NCBI GenBank assembly: GCA_040954595.2
Contig: CM082582.2
Coordinates: forward strand, 9,415,483-9,479,482
Reading direction: 5' to 3'
DNA length: 64,000 bases
Source: Balanoglossus misakiensis
Taxonomy: Eukaryota > Animalia > Hemichordata
The notes beneath the pieces were generated by a model. The model was not told the origin of the DNA, did no database searches, and worked only from the letters and a program-made list of their open reading frames with translations. A program made the translations under genes and the position numbers. Numbering within the stretch: position 1 is the first letter of the stretch; each line of letters starts with the position of its first letter. Positions 10,301 through 25,900 of this stretch are shown here, piece by piece.

Positions 10301-13300
10301 AAAACATTCACGGGCTGGGAACCGTGCCAAGATTCCGACTTTTTTTATTTGCAGAATCGCACGGCATTAATTTCACTTTGTATTGACGACTGTAATTATT
10401 ACCTGCACACACTACCTTGTTGACATTCCAACGAGAGTGTGCAACCCAAGCCCCTGTCTCCCATGAATATTCATGTCGCCAACAAAACACAACATCGACA
10501 AGACGGGGGTGGGTGTGTATCGACAAGTGAGTCAGGTGGCTAAGCAGAGAGACTGAGCCAAAAGCAAGGAGAGAGACGCGAGTCACCAGAGGTGATGTAC
10601 ACCTCCAGGTCAAGTGTATACTCCCAGGACCCTACTCGACAAAACGGGAAAACCACCTCCACATTACAGGTGTCCGCAGCTTTTTTTCCCCCAGATGTTT
10701 AGAGCACAGTGTTTAATTTGATGCTGTTACACACCATTAAACAGCTTCCTTTGTGCGCGCCACAATAGCCCGCATGAAATGCCTTCAAAAGTCACAAAAT
10801 TGGGCCTAAATTAAGTTATAAAATTATGCTTGGCTCTCAGGAGGATAGTCTGGAGACCACACAACCACCTTTCCCAAGTGAAGCTGGCCTGCCTGGGTGG
10901 TTGCATGACTTTCATAAAAGTACTATGAAGAAAATTGCTGTCATGTGACCGGGCGAGTGCAACGGATCAACAGAGATGTGTTATGACACCCCCCTTGTTG
11001 AGCAGCTCAGACAGGGAGAAAAATGGCCCCACTATCAATCTTGAAAGTTGTACAACAATTCTGCGCTAGATGCTGTCACAGGCAACATAATATGAACCAT
11101 TGTGGGAAAGTAGCTGAGCAAACAAGATGGAGTTCCCCCTGACACGATAGCTTCTCAAGCACTACCTGTAGCCTGTCTGCTACACATGAATGTGGTTTTG
11201 ATGGACTCGACTCGCACCTTGTTTCAAACTTGTCCACACCCAAAACAACAGCCAATTTGGTATAACCTCACAGTGATTGGATTAAACCATACCTACAGCA
11301 GGGGTGGGCAATTTGAAGAGGGGAATGTGCAGCTTATCAGTTGGACAACATGTACATGTACTTCATATTAGTAACATTTCAAATATTGGGCCAACGCCAA
11401 CATCTCCTACCCGTCACATTTTCAATTACATTACTGACAGAATGCCAAGTTAAGGAGTCTAACTTTTAAAAAGAAATAATTTTTCATCGATTAGAAATGA
11501 TTAGATGTTCTTAATGCACAAAAATAATGTTTGTATAGCTTTAAATGGTGATATTTTTATTAATTCTTTATGTCAAGCATAATTTGCGGATTCAGGAGTG
11601 TGCTAAGAACGACAGCAGACAACTGGGGACAGCAACTAAAAGCTGTGATATCCTCATACAGTTTCACTACAACACTTGAAAGTTTCTCACAGAAATTTAA
11701 CACATTAATCGTCAGCATTTCCATATGCACGACACAGAACCCTACCATCTGTCAAAATAAAAACACATTGGCAAATCACAAGAGAACGTGGAATTATTAT
11801 AATTAAAAAGACACGTACGTCTCTCAGAAGTTTATATAAACAATGGCCTCATGAAATTCGTGTTTTGGAATGTTAACATGTGCAACATGCGATCAGGCTT
11901 TGGGTATTATACTGATACCCTTGTGACTTGAAAGATGCAGAACTGCCATTTAGCACCGCCCCGAGATTATTTTTCCCCGACGTCTTTTGTTTCCATCAGC
12001 TTTTTAAAAAAAAATTCACAACTGTGAATAGGATTAGGTAACAAGCGGTTGAATAGTGAAGGTGTGATAGCCTACACAGCTATGTTCAATAATTCCAACA
12101 AAATCAATTACAGCCCGAAAATCTGATGCTGAACTTCATTTTTTCCAAACCAATTTCAGAGAAATGTACCTTCATTAGTTGTTATTTGCATATGTAAAGT
12201 TGAATTCACGGGAAAAAAGAAGAAAACACAGAAAATACTGAAACTCGCACCAAATAAAATATATATGGCTGGAAAACCTTTGCTCATTCATTAAGATGAA
12301 GGTTTTCACACCATGCAAAACCGAAGCAATCAATTTCAATCATAGGCTTGAATTCTAAATAGAAGCAGATGGATGGTGTAGACATACTTGGAAGCAAGAA
12401 TCGGCTTGCCGAGCCCAGAGGTTAAGTCATCATTTTGTCAGTTAAGGCTCCTTTGATCTCCGAGGATTGGCTGGGGTACAATAACACCTGAACTTACCCT
12501 ACCTCTCTATAAATAACAACACATTTTTTTTTTCTGTTTCCTTCTTTCTTTTCCTGTTTCTGCGAACCACAAGACAACGAGGTCTCCCCCACCTTGATGC
12601 TACAGTAACACCCTATAAACTACACAGACAGCCAAATCAGTAGAGTTCAAAGATTACCATCACAAGACTGTTGCTGCATATTCTTAGAGGCTGTTACGCA
12701 GACTTCATGAAAGTAAAAGTGAAGTGTGATGTTTGAATAGGTATTCTTAAAATGCAATTGTTTTCTTCAGGAAAATAATTTCAAATTTTCTGGCTTGCCT
12801 AACATAAAAGAAACATTAGACACTACCTGGCTGTTAGACAGCCACATTTTTTGACTATCTTGAATAATTGTGCATTTACAGCGTTCCAAAATTCCAATAT
12901 ACACAGTTGATAAAAAGTGATCTACTCAGCACAGTGGTTGATTTCTATCCAATAAATGCCACTGCGCCCAGTTGAGAAAAGTGATCCGCTATGGCCTGTA
13001 TTTGATTTGACTCGCCTTCCACTGAAAGGTGTTTTATATATTAGGACCCGAGTACTGTTTCGGTATTGCCTTGAAACAATGAAATCTGTGATGTCAATTT
13101 CTGTCAGCGACGCTATTTGGAAGGACGTCGCGATGAAATTATATCCCATCTCGACTAATTGGGAGAAAATAATAATGCTGAGAGAGTCCGCTCTAAAGTG
13201 AACAGTGTGTGTTCACTTGATAGGTAAAGATGAAATTTGTGTCTTCTCCTGGCTTGATTTGTTTCTGCTTCATCGAACTCTGTTGGTCGCCGTTTGACAG

Positions 13301-16300
13301 AATTATACAGTAACTATACCTTTGATTGGCAGGTGAATGGTTTGTGAAGGATAGAGATTGCCTTCGCCTAAACACAGCTCTGCTTTTTATCGCGCTGAAA
13401 TCCTTCAATGGTAAGCTCTCCTCGTGATTGGTCGACTGTAATACCACCGTGATCTAATTGTGGCCAATCAAAAACGTTTCCTGCTTCTAGAGCCAGGTGG
13501 CGGTGTGTGCTGGTGGTTTGACAAGCCCTTTTTTTTTCTTCTCAAATGTGACACAGGGGTCAATGCACCACCCTATAAAGGGGAGCCCTCCATTCCCCAC
13601 TGTGTACTCTGCATCTCAAATTCCAAAACAAGGCATGAACTGTACATCAACTATGCATCCCAACGTCCCCCTGTTTGCAGTAAGAATTCCAAACTCCGGG
13701 ACCTTAAAAAACGTAAAATAGTGCGGGATTCCGACCCGCAATCGTTTAAATTCTGCCGTGCATTACAAGCTACAAGCCCAACATCTGCTGAAAAATTCTA
13801 GGCATTCCAACACTGACCACTTTTTGTCGTACACAAAACCTGTCTTTATAATAATGCTAGCTTCCCATTTCCCTCCGTCATTCTTGTTCACTCAGCCAGC
13901 AACAATTTTACCAGTCATCTATCCATCACAAACATTTCAAAAGCCAAAATTTGTTTTGTTGAACCGGGGAGGTGGTCGTGGTTATTTTGTTTCATTTTTC
14001 CTCCAGGGTGTGGCCTGCAGCCTATTATGAGTGTGCTGGTTTTTTTCTCCCCCTCAAAGGTGTGGTGACGGTAGCCAAAGACGCAAGATTAAAATTCCCT
14101 CTTTTCAAATTTATGTGCTTTATTCATGTGTCAATGAATACTGCATGTACGGCAGAGACAAAAGACTGCTACTTTGGGCCAAGTATGCAATCTTTCACTC
14201 AGCCATGAAAAGAAAATGTTTTTTAACCGCTTTCAAGAAAACGAACTCTGAATGCAGCGGGGGTCTCTCTCCTTTCACATTACAAAGTATTGCATATCTG
14301 TTCATCATTTTCAATATAATAAACACGGGTACTGATTTAACTAATAAAGTCAATTACTCGCATCGATCGCATACATACGAAAAGAGTTGAGTGGGGATAA
14401 GACAACACTTGGCAGTCTCTTGGCTTGGGAAATTGATACCTTCTTCGGTGCCAATGTAGTAAAACGTCATTAGCGACGGCAGCACACCTTTGCTAATGAC
14501 AGGTGTCTGCATGATGACATTGCATTTGCCCTCATCATTCTTGGGAGATATTGGCCGGCGCAAAAAAAAAAAAAAAGAAGAAAAGAAGCGCTTGACGAAT
14601 TGGATGGCGAAAGATACAGATCAACAGACGGGCCAGCTAGTGGCACTAATGCACTGCCACGATTTCAGCACTTCGATACAGGGATCTAACATTACAAGTC
14701 TGGGAGATCACCGCCAGTTGGAGAGAGAGAGAGAGACGGGGGGAGGGTTGGAAGGGGATGATCGGTGATTTATGAGCCGAGATGAACTCGGACGACATCT
14801 TACATATTCACTTAAACCTCCCCACTGCAGAAATGAAAATGGTAAAATCCACTAAAATAGATGTCAGATCGACTGCTTTGCTTCAGTACTGGCGATAGCG
14901 ATCTCGGTCGTCCACCCAACCATTACCCAAATGACTGTTAATTACACCATTTTATCCAGCTTTCTCCATCTTTCCTGTATGATTTGCCTTGTTTGTCGAG
15001 GAGTTGTGGGAGGGGGGGGGGGTTCTAAGATCAATACTGGACAATTTCTTTTGAGTGAATTGGTCACACACTCATTTTAAAATACCATCCTCCCCAGTTT
15101 GACATTTGTCAACTTGGGATAAGAAGTCAAGACTTCAAATTAAGGGATTAAGCATGCGTGAACGTTTGTGACGGGTTGCTTCCGCTTGCAGACAGCGCGT
15201 TAACAAGTCCCGGTGATGCAACAGTTGGATAAATATGTGCGTATGTGAGAGCACCCAGCCACAAAAAGTATGTAATTATTATCCAAGGAAGGTTTTTTTT
15301 GTCCGCTCCGCTTTTGTGCGCGCCCACCCCGTGGGTCGTCAGCATCCAAACCCTTTTTTCCTTGACTGGAGGCCTTATAAACTGCTCAAACTTGTTTACC
15401 GAACTTGTAACAATTAACTTTCAAGCCTGCACGCATCTACATATGACTGTGAAATTCACTTTCAATAGAAGGGATTACACAATCATCCCCACGTCTGCCC
15501 TTCAAACAGCAGAAGCAAAACCTGGGGTCCTGGTTTCTCTTTTTTTATGGCCCAGACTCTGCCGTGAAAAGCAGCCAGATAAATCACCCCATCCATCTGT
15601 TTACTCGCAGTGTTATTTTATGCAGACAATCCTTCAAACGGAGGGACAAAGGGTGCCACGGAAGGAAAAAGTCCTTTCAGTAATTTTCTGGTGCCAAAGT
15701 ACACTTTAAGTTTATCTACATATTTTTATTGCATACGCGCTGGTAAATGCACGGTCTTTTCAGCTGTACCGGAAGAGCGCATAATGCTAAATAATGGGCA
15801 CAAAGCAACATATTGTTATCCCCCAATACCTGCATAAGTCTCTTTTGCTGATTTCCTTTTAGTCAAGTTTTAATAAAGCCACTCGGGCTCCAAAGAAAAG
15901 AATTTCAACTACAGAGATGGCAGTGTGTAAGAGAGTGGCGAGCTGTAGGGTATTAAGATTTCTCATCTGTTCGGGGGTACGACCCCTGGGGTCGGTGGAA
16001 AAACACACGCGGTTCACACCAAAAAAACACTTTCCCTGGTTCATCTTTTGTCTTGTCATCAAAGACCGACCTGTATCAGCTTTCACGGCCAAAGCTGTTG
16101 ATGAAAAATTATATAATCTAACCCAGGAGACGTCGGCGGCGGCAACAACGCGTGGTGAGCCCTGAACAGGAAGCGCGAGAAAAGAGACAGGCATGTCTAT
16201 GTCTGAGAGAAGTGACGCAATCCGAGACAAGTTTTATCATTGTGATTTTCCGTCTCTATATAAACTGCAGCTCCCCACAAAATTTCACACTGCATACTGT

Positions 16301-16907
16301 TTCATTTAGTGATTGTGCCGTAAATTCCACAGATTACTCTGCTTAATTACCCTGAAATCTAGCTTCTCCACTGAATATTTCATGGCCACGCTGCACATAC
16401 TTATGCTAATTTCCGAATCGTCAAGTACTTTCCATCCTACCATTTCAAAAAAATAAAATTAATACTCTCCCGCTGAAACAAACTGACAAACTACACCATG
16501 TGAAGAAAGACTGATGACATTTGGCAATTTTCAGGTTGTTAGACGGGCAGAATTTGGATTTGTAGCTAAGATCACACACATCAGTCAAATTGACAATCTG
16601 CTTCTCGGCACCAACTTGTTTAATGTGATTGTCCTTTTTGGCTGATCTGCCATGAATTGAAAACCATATATTTTTGTCAATCTAAACGCTGGGTTCATCT
16701 CATCAAATAAGTCCGCTTGATGGCTTGTGCCATCTTTCATATTCAGTACTGTGACAATCAAATATTACAATTTTTTAAACAATCTCTGAAATGCATATTA
16801 AGTTATGTATAGTCTTTGTCCGTTTGATTTTCAGCTCAACTCAAATTTATGTTCTGCAGACAAAAATCACGGTTTCCAGACTACAATGTACCTACACTGG
16901 TGACTGG

Positions 16908-16968
16908 GTGTGTGTGTGTGTGCACGTGTGTTTGAACATGCATGCATGCGTGTGTCTATGTGTGTGTT
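16908..16968. repeat. Degenerate (TG)n/RY microsatellite
   Basis: gtgtgtgtgtgtgtgcacgtgtg...gcatgcatgcgtgtgtctatgtgtgtg. Confidence 0.8.
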
Positions 16969-19900
16969 GCAACCCAGCCGTGGTTCTCACAAGTCAGACA
17001 GATTATCATCATTACTACCAACACGTGTCTCACCATACCAAACGTAATCTCCCCCTTGTGTGAAACCACTGCACAGGGTGCACAGGCCACTTGCAAAGGC
17101 AACAATACCACAGCCAGCCTACATGAACCAGAAATTGAACGGCCTGACCTTACACTGTGACGTGCACATCCCAACCGTGTGCCACTGATTCCATTTTTTT
17201 TTTCCTTCTCTAGCTCTCTCTAGATCTCTCTTCTACCCATGAAAAACAATCAACCTGCCGCATGACATTGTTTAGGTTTTGGATCACACTCAGCACCGAC
17301 CGGAATAAGATTACACTGTTCTCCTGTCTGTACAAACTGTCAATCAAATTGTAACCAGCTCCCAACAGACTTGTCGCAAAACATTCCTTCATGCTAGAAT
17401 CAAATGAAAATTGAAAGCCACACGCATCTGACGGGGAAAAAAAAGAAATACAACAACCCAGCGCAGTGAACATAATTTCCATCATCATAACTTCCCATCC
17501 AATTGACTCAATCATTTCCTAACATCCATTTACTTCTAATTACAATTCCATTATTAATCCGTAGACTTCCCGGAGCAATAATTGACCCCATGTGCAAACT
17601 AATCCCGCAAAAATGTTACATGTGTGTTATCAGTGTCAAAGGTTATAAATCAGGGGCCAAACCAATCATATGAGGGAATTGAATACATCTGCCTCCAGTC
17701 GTTCCCTCATTGAGCAAATCTCCTGGTGATGATGCCCCTCCCCTTTGCACTATAACACAAGTGCAGGAGACAATTCTCTCAGCCAACAACTCACCTTGTG
17801 CGCATGAAATCAGTGCTCACACTGCCACTGTCAATGTGTGGGCCAACCAGTGTCTAGAGTTTCATCACTAATATCAGATTTTCATTTTCTATTTACAGTT
17901 CACACCCACTTTGGATAAATAAATAAAGACATATTTCTTTCTCTTTATGAACTTCTGAGTCAGAGTTCTCTTTCACATCATGATAACGGTGCACTGCTTC
18001 TACTCACTGGTTTAATCCATCTTAAATAACGGCACTTTCACACATTTTTTCCCCCTTTTCAACTTTGAGTGACAAGAAAGTGGTTTTGACAAAAATTACT
18101 CCAACAAATTAACTGCCATTTTGCTTTCTTGTGAGCCAACATTATTTTTAGTTTCCCAATAAATCAGAGTGTGTGACTGACTGAAAGTGCCATCATGGAC
18201 GATGTAACATAATGGCGGTATTTGTATTCACTTAAGTCAAGAAATACGGGCAATGTAAGGCAACTCCGATGTTGTGATCCCCTGAGCTCCAAACACTGTA
18301 TGTTGATCTAGACATCCATCTTGGAAATTTACAGGATTCCGACAAGACACCAGCCTGCCCTCTGCCTTGACTCTCCCTCCCACATCTTTCAGCCGTGACA
18401 ACTTGACCAAAATAAAGCGCGGCCGTAAACCAGGCTCGACCGGGTGAGGGGAGAACAGAAGTTTTAAAGCAAATTCCACCGTAGCACCGCGGGCCCCGGC
18501 GAAATGAATCAAATCAACAGCTGAGGACAATCAACAAATCATCACACAAGTACTCTTCCCAGGTAGCATCAGGAACCTTAACAAAGTTTCCCGGGAGAGG
18601 TCGCGACCCCTGATCAGCCCACAGCAGGGGGGAGATAACACAGCGGAATGGATGGGGATGGCAGAGCGGAGAGATTTATCCTCCTCATCATCATCAGTGA
18701 TAGTGAAAGATGAAAAGCAAGTAACAGCCCGCAGCAGGAAACTGAAATTATCAACTTCCTATTTATATTATCCATAATGGCCTATGCTATCACAATAGAC
18801 GGACAGGAAATCACGGCAAAAATGAGAGAAAATCTTTATGCGTCTGGTTAATTATGTCAGACATGTACAGGCTGAGTCATGTGTCAAGTGTTCGTATATC
18901 AAAACTTGACAGCACATTAAATATCATTACAAAGTACATGTGTGCCAGCATTATCTCGCTCACATGAACGACTGGCTGGGGCTGTAATCTTTGATGGTTT
19001 CAATATGAAACAACTCAAAATTCTCACACTTCTCGGCTCCCAGATAACCAATCCCCCCCCCCCCTTCCAAAAAAAAAAAAATTCCCATGTATATGACTTG
19101 GCTCGTCCACACACTGAAACCACTGATGTGTGGCCATTAGGAAACTATACACTCGCATGAATCATTCCAAGATGATGAAAGTCCTTGTCAGATTTTTTGA
19201 TACAATGGGTTCTTTCTGTTTTTCTTTGGGGGGTCCCAAATGACACCATGATTTGTGACATGCTGAATTATATGAAGCAGAGAAAGACGTCTAACCAAGT
19301 CCCTTTCTCTTCCCAGATTTGTCTCGGACCATATTTCATCGAGAAGGGCAGATCAAAAAACCCCTTTTGTTTATATACCCCCGTCCTGCACAATCTGTGA
19401 CAGCCACGGCAGATTTAATGAGCTCATGAAAAATAGAGCAGCTTGACCATCTTACACGGTCTGCCGAGCAAATTAATGCAATTTTGCGTTTATTATCTAT
19501 GTATGATATCTTAGCCGGGATAATCTAGCCCAGTGACCAGGTCTATCGGCTGGGGCTTATCTGTGATATATAAAACGTCATCAACTGCCTTTCCTCCCAT
19601 GGTCAGCCAACTGCCCCTGCTCTTGGTGCTTAGTCACATGTGAAATGTTAGGTCGTCATGGCTCCTGTAGGATGCTGCCCTGGCCTCCCTAAGGCAGGCG
19701 ATGTTCACCCAGGCCTTAAGAGCCATGCCGATAGACTACAAATTCGACAACAGGAGGATATCCTATGTAAACCTCTCATTTAAATTTTCCCGACGCTGAT
19801 TGCGTCTGATGCGATTGGCTCTCACCCGTCGATGGGGTGGTGTTTTTTTTATCTAGACGTCGGATAAAAAAGCTGGCACATACATGCAGTGACAGCATGC

Positions 19901-22900
19901 AAAACATGGCCCTCCACCATGGACATATGCCAGCCCAAACGAAAAAATATAATCTTTTGTGCATAAACTGGTGCCTTCAACGAACTCAGCAACCCGCACT
20001 TTATCATCGCAGCACACAAAAACAAATTAAGGAATACACGAGATGAATAAATTCCAGGACATAATCTAACTGCAGCTCTATCAACTCACAACTGAAATAT
20101 GAACACATCACATGAATCTTTTTGATCTAGCGCGGGGCTGTTGAGTGATGCCCGAGTTTCCTTTTAACATGTAGACACAGAGAATATTAACTATATGATA
20201 TGGAAGCTATTTGTTATCATAGACAATGGGGAGATGCGCATTTTTTACCTGAGATGGTTATCAGCCGACGACGAATGACCATGACCAACAACGGCCAAAT
20301 GGGCTCCCCTACTTCACAAGGCGCTGTCCTCAAACACGTCCCAGCACATCATAACTGTGCAATCATATACACATAGATGTATTTATGCGGAGATGTATCA
20401 GCTGTCGCATACCCGTCATACGTTGCAACTGGTCACTTTAAACGCAAAAAGTCAGGGAGGCAGCCCCATAACGACTGAGATTTATTGGCCAAACAGATGT
20501 GGGACTTCTATTTTTCTCTCTCTCCCACCCAGATGAATTTTTTTTTTTAAAACAGTGGAAGCCGTAACTACACTCCGCTCTTTTTTCAGACATGACATGC
20601 AGATGACGTTAGCCATGCAAATAATGGAAGGGGGGATCGTTTATCATTTATGGATATCTCACTCTTGTTGTGATTAGCGGACAAGATGCCGCCCTGAATA
20701 ATTAATCGCAGTAACCTCATCTCTTTCCACTAATGATAATTCAGCTTTGTCCACAAATCTCGGTTCTTTGTCGCTGACAGTTCAGCTCCTTGATGCTGTA
20801 TCGGACGAGTTTATCTCCAGACACACAACCATATATGGTCATCCGTGGATGAAACTGGACACTGTTGGCTGCCTGGCAACCCATCATCCTCGCGCCTGCT
20901 TCATCCCTCTCATACCAATGCATCCTCAAGTTTTTTTCTTCCTAATCACCCAAATGCCCACCCCGTTTCTTCCCATTGTTAAAAGGACTCCCCCCACTCC
21001 AGACTTATTTATTATGGGACCGAGAAACAAACTATCAAATAACATTGTGTAACAGAGGACCCACTGATAATGTCTGCCATTGCCACACATTTCTCTCTCA
21101 TATGGAATGCAATGTCTGTTTTCCCGCCCACGTACATTACTATGACAGTCAATAAAGAATGCACTGGCCATCATATTTTTAACGTGGACTCCTGACTCGG
21201 CCGGTAGCCCTCATTTCAAACCCAAGTCCATCCACACACGCTGTGTCCTTCACGATTAAAAAGCCCTGTTTCATTTCGTCCTCATCTCTGGTCCCCTTTA
21301 CCCTTTTCCATTCAGCGTGATTTACTGCAGCGGGTCCCGCGCTCCTGAATATTTGGGATAAAAATACTGAGCCTGTTTACATTTTGTTGGCCTGACTGAA
21401 GTCCAGTAAATTTCCTGAGTTTTCGTCCTAAATTTTATTTTATTCTTTTCGGGTTTTCCCCAGCTTGACGGAAACCAACACATTTGCAGAAAAGAAAGAT
21501 TTTCAAAACAGTTCCAAATAATCTTTATTTTCAGATGGGAGCAAAATATTCTTTTGTCACAAAAACAGCCCAACATAACCAGATTTATCCTCCATCAACA
21601 TTCGCAGATTTTTATCGCACAAATCATGGATTTTTCCCCTTCTTAGCAACATATCCCACAAAATTAACATTTATAAAACTTTAAGATGCCTGACCTAGTT
21701 GAGACTGAACAGCCAACCAAAATCAGGACCTTGTTGATCTGTCCAAAGTATTTCCGTCTGATTTTAATCATCGCCCTAAATCATTTATTATCATATATGA
21801 CAGTCGGTTATCAGTTTGGACTATAATGATGATAGTGTTATTATATTAATGATGGTCACTCCTGGTACGGAGCTGGCCGTCCATATTTATAAGTCAACCA
21901 TCAGAGCGTGGGGAAAACAATCAGCATTTTTTTCCCTCACAAGTTCAGATGAAATGATAAAAACAACCGGATTTGACCCGCTGCATCCCGTCAAAATGTG
22001 TCCAACGCCAGAAATTAATTCCATTTTTTCAGCCACATTCCACATGTGGCCGTGACTTCTTCATGTCGTCATTCGGCTCAGCCAGCACCTTCCGACTCAA
22101 AGTTGGCGATAAATTACAAGTAATTGCCTATAGATCTGGCTCAGCCCTGGCTGGAATTCGGTTTATCTTTATCGAACCAGTATTTCAGGGCACAGTTTTG
22201 ATAATAAATTTACGTCTACCCGGCGAAATATTGAGGTCACTCGACTCAAAATGGCTGCCTCATACTTGTCTTTCCCTGACAGTAAAAGCCAACATGAGAT
22301 GGAACATCTTGCCTATTTTTTCATCACGAAATTCTAAATGAACTTCATAAACCCTTAAAAATTCAACCACAGACTAAAATTCTTTCTTTCTGACGATGTA
22401 TGAAATGTCTCAAACTTCTTTTCTCTCTCCACAACTGGCTGTCTGGCTTCAAGCAACAATCAAAAGTTGTCATGATTTGTGGTCAACTAAAATACATCCA
22501 CAACACAATAGTACTTTAGCCCACTTCAGTCTGACATCGCTACGGTCAAATCTTTGATAAGATCCTGCATGGAACAGTGAAATTCCAGGCCACAAACAAC
22601 TCTGAACCTTGGCTAAGTGACTCCAGAATCTGAAACATAGTCTCTTGGTTGCACTCAAGTTTTAAGGGTTTCACAGAAGAAAACTGCAATTTCACAAAGC
22701 GGAATCAAACTATATCAGATTTCACCATTTCCATAAATTGTCAAAATGAAGTTAGACAGACTGAAGCTATCAACTTATTTTTTTGTCGTTTCTGGTCCAT
22801 ACTCTCCTACTATCACCACCATCATCTTCAGCAACAATGTTTGCTCCGCTCTCATCATTTTAAACCCGAGATACATCTGATTTATGACGACAATTATTTG

Positions 22901-25900
22901 TAAAAACATCATTTCTAAAAGGCATCCCATCCCATAAATACAGACCTATCTCGTCCAACTGAAGTTACTGCCAGATAAAAACATGACGAACAGGCAAGTT
23001 GATAAGTCATATTTTCGGTGAAATTATTACGCATAATGCTTTGCCTTCTTGATAGCAATGCAGCTTATCACTAAGAGTGCTGTCAAAGTACTTGAATCAA
23101 GACACGTCTTTTAACATTAATGCATTTCCTATACTACTTATATCGGTCTCCCCTTTTTGTTATTTTCCACTAATATGTCAGGTGCCTCTTTTCGAATAGT
23201 CTTAAATATGTCATTTTTGATTGAAGCAACTCTCAATGCCTATTGCTTTATTGTATGGATTTCCATTTCTATAGTGCCTCGCCATTCAATCCGTACTTAA
23301 GGCCACACACAGACATTGCAGCCACATCAACCCTGTCGCTTTCATGCAGAAATTTCATTTCATTTGCTATTCTTGTGAATATTTCACTTCCTAAAGGACC
23401 AATACAAGTCCTGAAAGGGGATTTTTGTGGTCATTATTTCCCCGTCCAGACCTGAGCACAACAGAAGAAACAGTGCCAGGATCTGCATACGGATCCACTC
23501 TTTGATATGGTGGCATTTTTTTTTATTAAATTGAATTACGCGGTCATACTCACTTGGTCTGAAAGAGCTTCTTAACGAAGTAAAGAAGTTGGCGGAATGA
23601 TTAGTGGGGGAGAACTGCTAGAATATTTCATCTTAAGTTTAACAGCCATCGTCAAGTCAAGCGAGAGACAAGACACGTAAACTCAGGTTTATAGATATCA
23701 CGTGACGTTAAGAATTCATAGTCCTGACGTTCTTTCCTCTTTCTCTCTCATGTCTTAGACTTTTAATCCAATCATAGTTTTTTTTCTTCTTCAGGTACTA
23801 GGTTTGCGTGTTTATTTCTGAGCTCAAGAGGTCATATTAATCTATCCATCAGAGTGATCTGATTGGTAAACTTGTAATTCGAAAGAAATTCACAAGAAAC
23901 GGACAAATCACATGTGAAACGCGTTTGTCCTTCCCCCGGACAAAAGTCTGCTTCCTTTGGACATCAAATTTCTGCCAGTCAGTCTCAACACACAAAATGG
24001 GAAAAACAAATCCCACAGTAATGCTGATGACGATTATCTCTGAAAGTGTCAAATTAAGACAAACTTGATTCCATTTTTTTCTTTTAAAATAAATTCCTGT
24101 CTTTTTTTTCCTTTAAGTTTTCTAATCCTAAGAGGAAGAGGCATTTTATTTACTGCGGTTTTGGACATGCTGACAAGAGCCGAGATGACAGATAATGGAT
24201 TGGGGGGGGGGGGGTGTCTTCGCTCCCCGTCACAATGACATGTGTCAAGTGTATTTGAAGCCAACAGCACAGAGATAATGAAACAGCGGAGAGAACCCGA
24301 AGAATAGAAAATCCCATTTCTGTCGATTGCGGACAATCTCTGACATCTTGAGTGTATATTAGATAATAATGACAAGGCAGGAAAATTCTTGCCCTTAACG
24401 AGGAATTCTCCCCGTAAGCTGTGATCCCTGCGTCTGATTGGCAATATTGAAATGTCAAAAACTCGCCAAGCGCCCCTGAAAACTGCCGTGCATTAACCGA
24501 CTCGTCAACTCGTCTGATATGACAGTCGAGTTGACATTGCTGTCAAGCAGCCAGTCTCACTGACAACCAAATAGCAAAGAGTCAATTGCGCCCTTTTTAT
24601 TTGCAATTGGACTGTTCCTGCTTTCCGTAAAGAGATTGTCAAGCCTCTTTTTTTTCCTCTATTCCGCGAGAAATACAAATAATCGTGATTTTTTTCCACT
24701 CCGAATTAAATGCACTTCAGTGGCATCACACCTCGAGTTCAGAACATCCTATTCACCTTATTTGCCCAATTGAGCAGTTTGAAACAAGATCAAATATATT
24801 TCATTAATATCATTTCGATCAGCAGCAACTTTAGAAACACCACCTACAGAATATTTCATTTTCTCCTAAAACTTCTTTTCCAATCTCAGTACGTTCAATT
24901 TCAATCTGGCATAAAACTTTCACTCTGTTCACTTTTCTTGTGTCAACACCAAACACTTGTCTAACCTGAACGAGTCATTGTCAATGACACAGTCCCTACT
25001 GGATCAATAGCATTTTCAGAAACCACTGGCAGAAATCATGGAGGAATAAAATCAGTCAAGGCACAATTAATGTGATGTACACATTCGTAAGTACGATGTG
25101 TTTCTCATTTTAATGATATAATATGTTCACATATGTCTGAGCAATGGCTCCAGATCCACAGATGGAGCCGAATCCCGAAGTCCCCAAGGACTTGGTCTGC
25201 TGGGACCACAAAAATTAATTAAAATGGACTCTTTAACGTAAAATGCCAAACAGGTGGTTCAATGCAGAAGAGAGTTTTCTTGGCACGGGCAGGCAAAGGA
25301 TTCACGTTCAAAGAACCAAAAAAAGAAATCCTACAAATTTAGATATGATCTGTGAAAACACTATTGAGAAGAACTATTAATAGATCCAGAACGTTGCAGG
25401 AGGGAAACACAAGTGTTACCTGAGCATTTATCCATCGAGGAAAGAATTTATTTTAAGCCACGCAAAAGCAGACCTCCATTTTCCATTCTAAACATGACCC
25501 TTGGGAGAGACCTCCCCCATCCATGGGTCATGTTATGGGAACAATCAGTGGGTCAGTGCTTCCGAGAAAAGACGCAATTAGCTTCTGAAACGGGATCGAA
25601 TTAACGGCTGCCTTTCATGGACACTTCCCGGTGAGGAGAGATTGGCTATGATCTCGCGTTGAAAGTCGGCCATCGTCCTCCTCGACAGGGCAGTGGCTCT
25701 TGGAGTTGTGCACACGTGTGTGTGAGAGCAGTAATACGTATAGTCGCTACCAGTCCGAGTAGACACAACTCATTTGACTGACGTGCAATGCAACTGTGAA
25801 ACATTCCAGAGCCAACACATGCACCAGTCACATCTGATTGACTGGTTAAACTGTGGGAAGTCTCCTTGGAGGAATAACAATACTTAAACTTTTAGAGTTC

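Noticed and set aside
12498-12506. 9-nt exon-like segment ttatttatag|AGAGGTAGG|gtaagt
   Set aside because: Contains TAG in phase 1 and has a poor pyrimidine tract; the longer 62-nt alternative is frame-shifting.
14804-14824. 21-nt exon-like segment ttttcatttctgcag|TGGGGAGGTTTAAGTGAATAT|gtaaga
   Set aside because: In-frame TGA in phase 1, weak exonic side of the donor and isolated; at best a poison exon, more likely chance.
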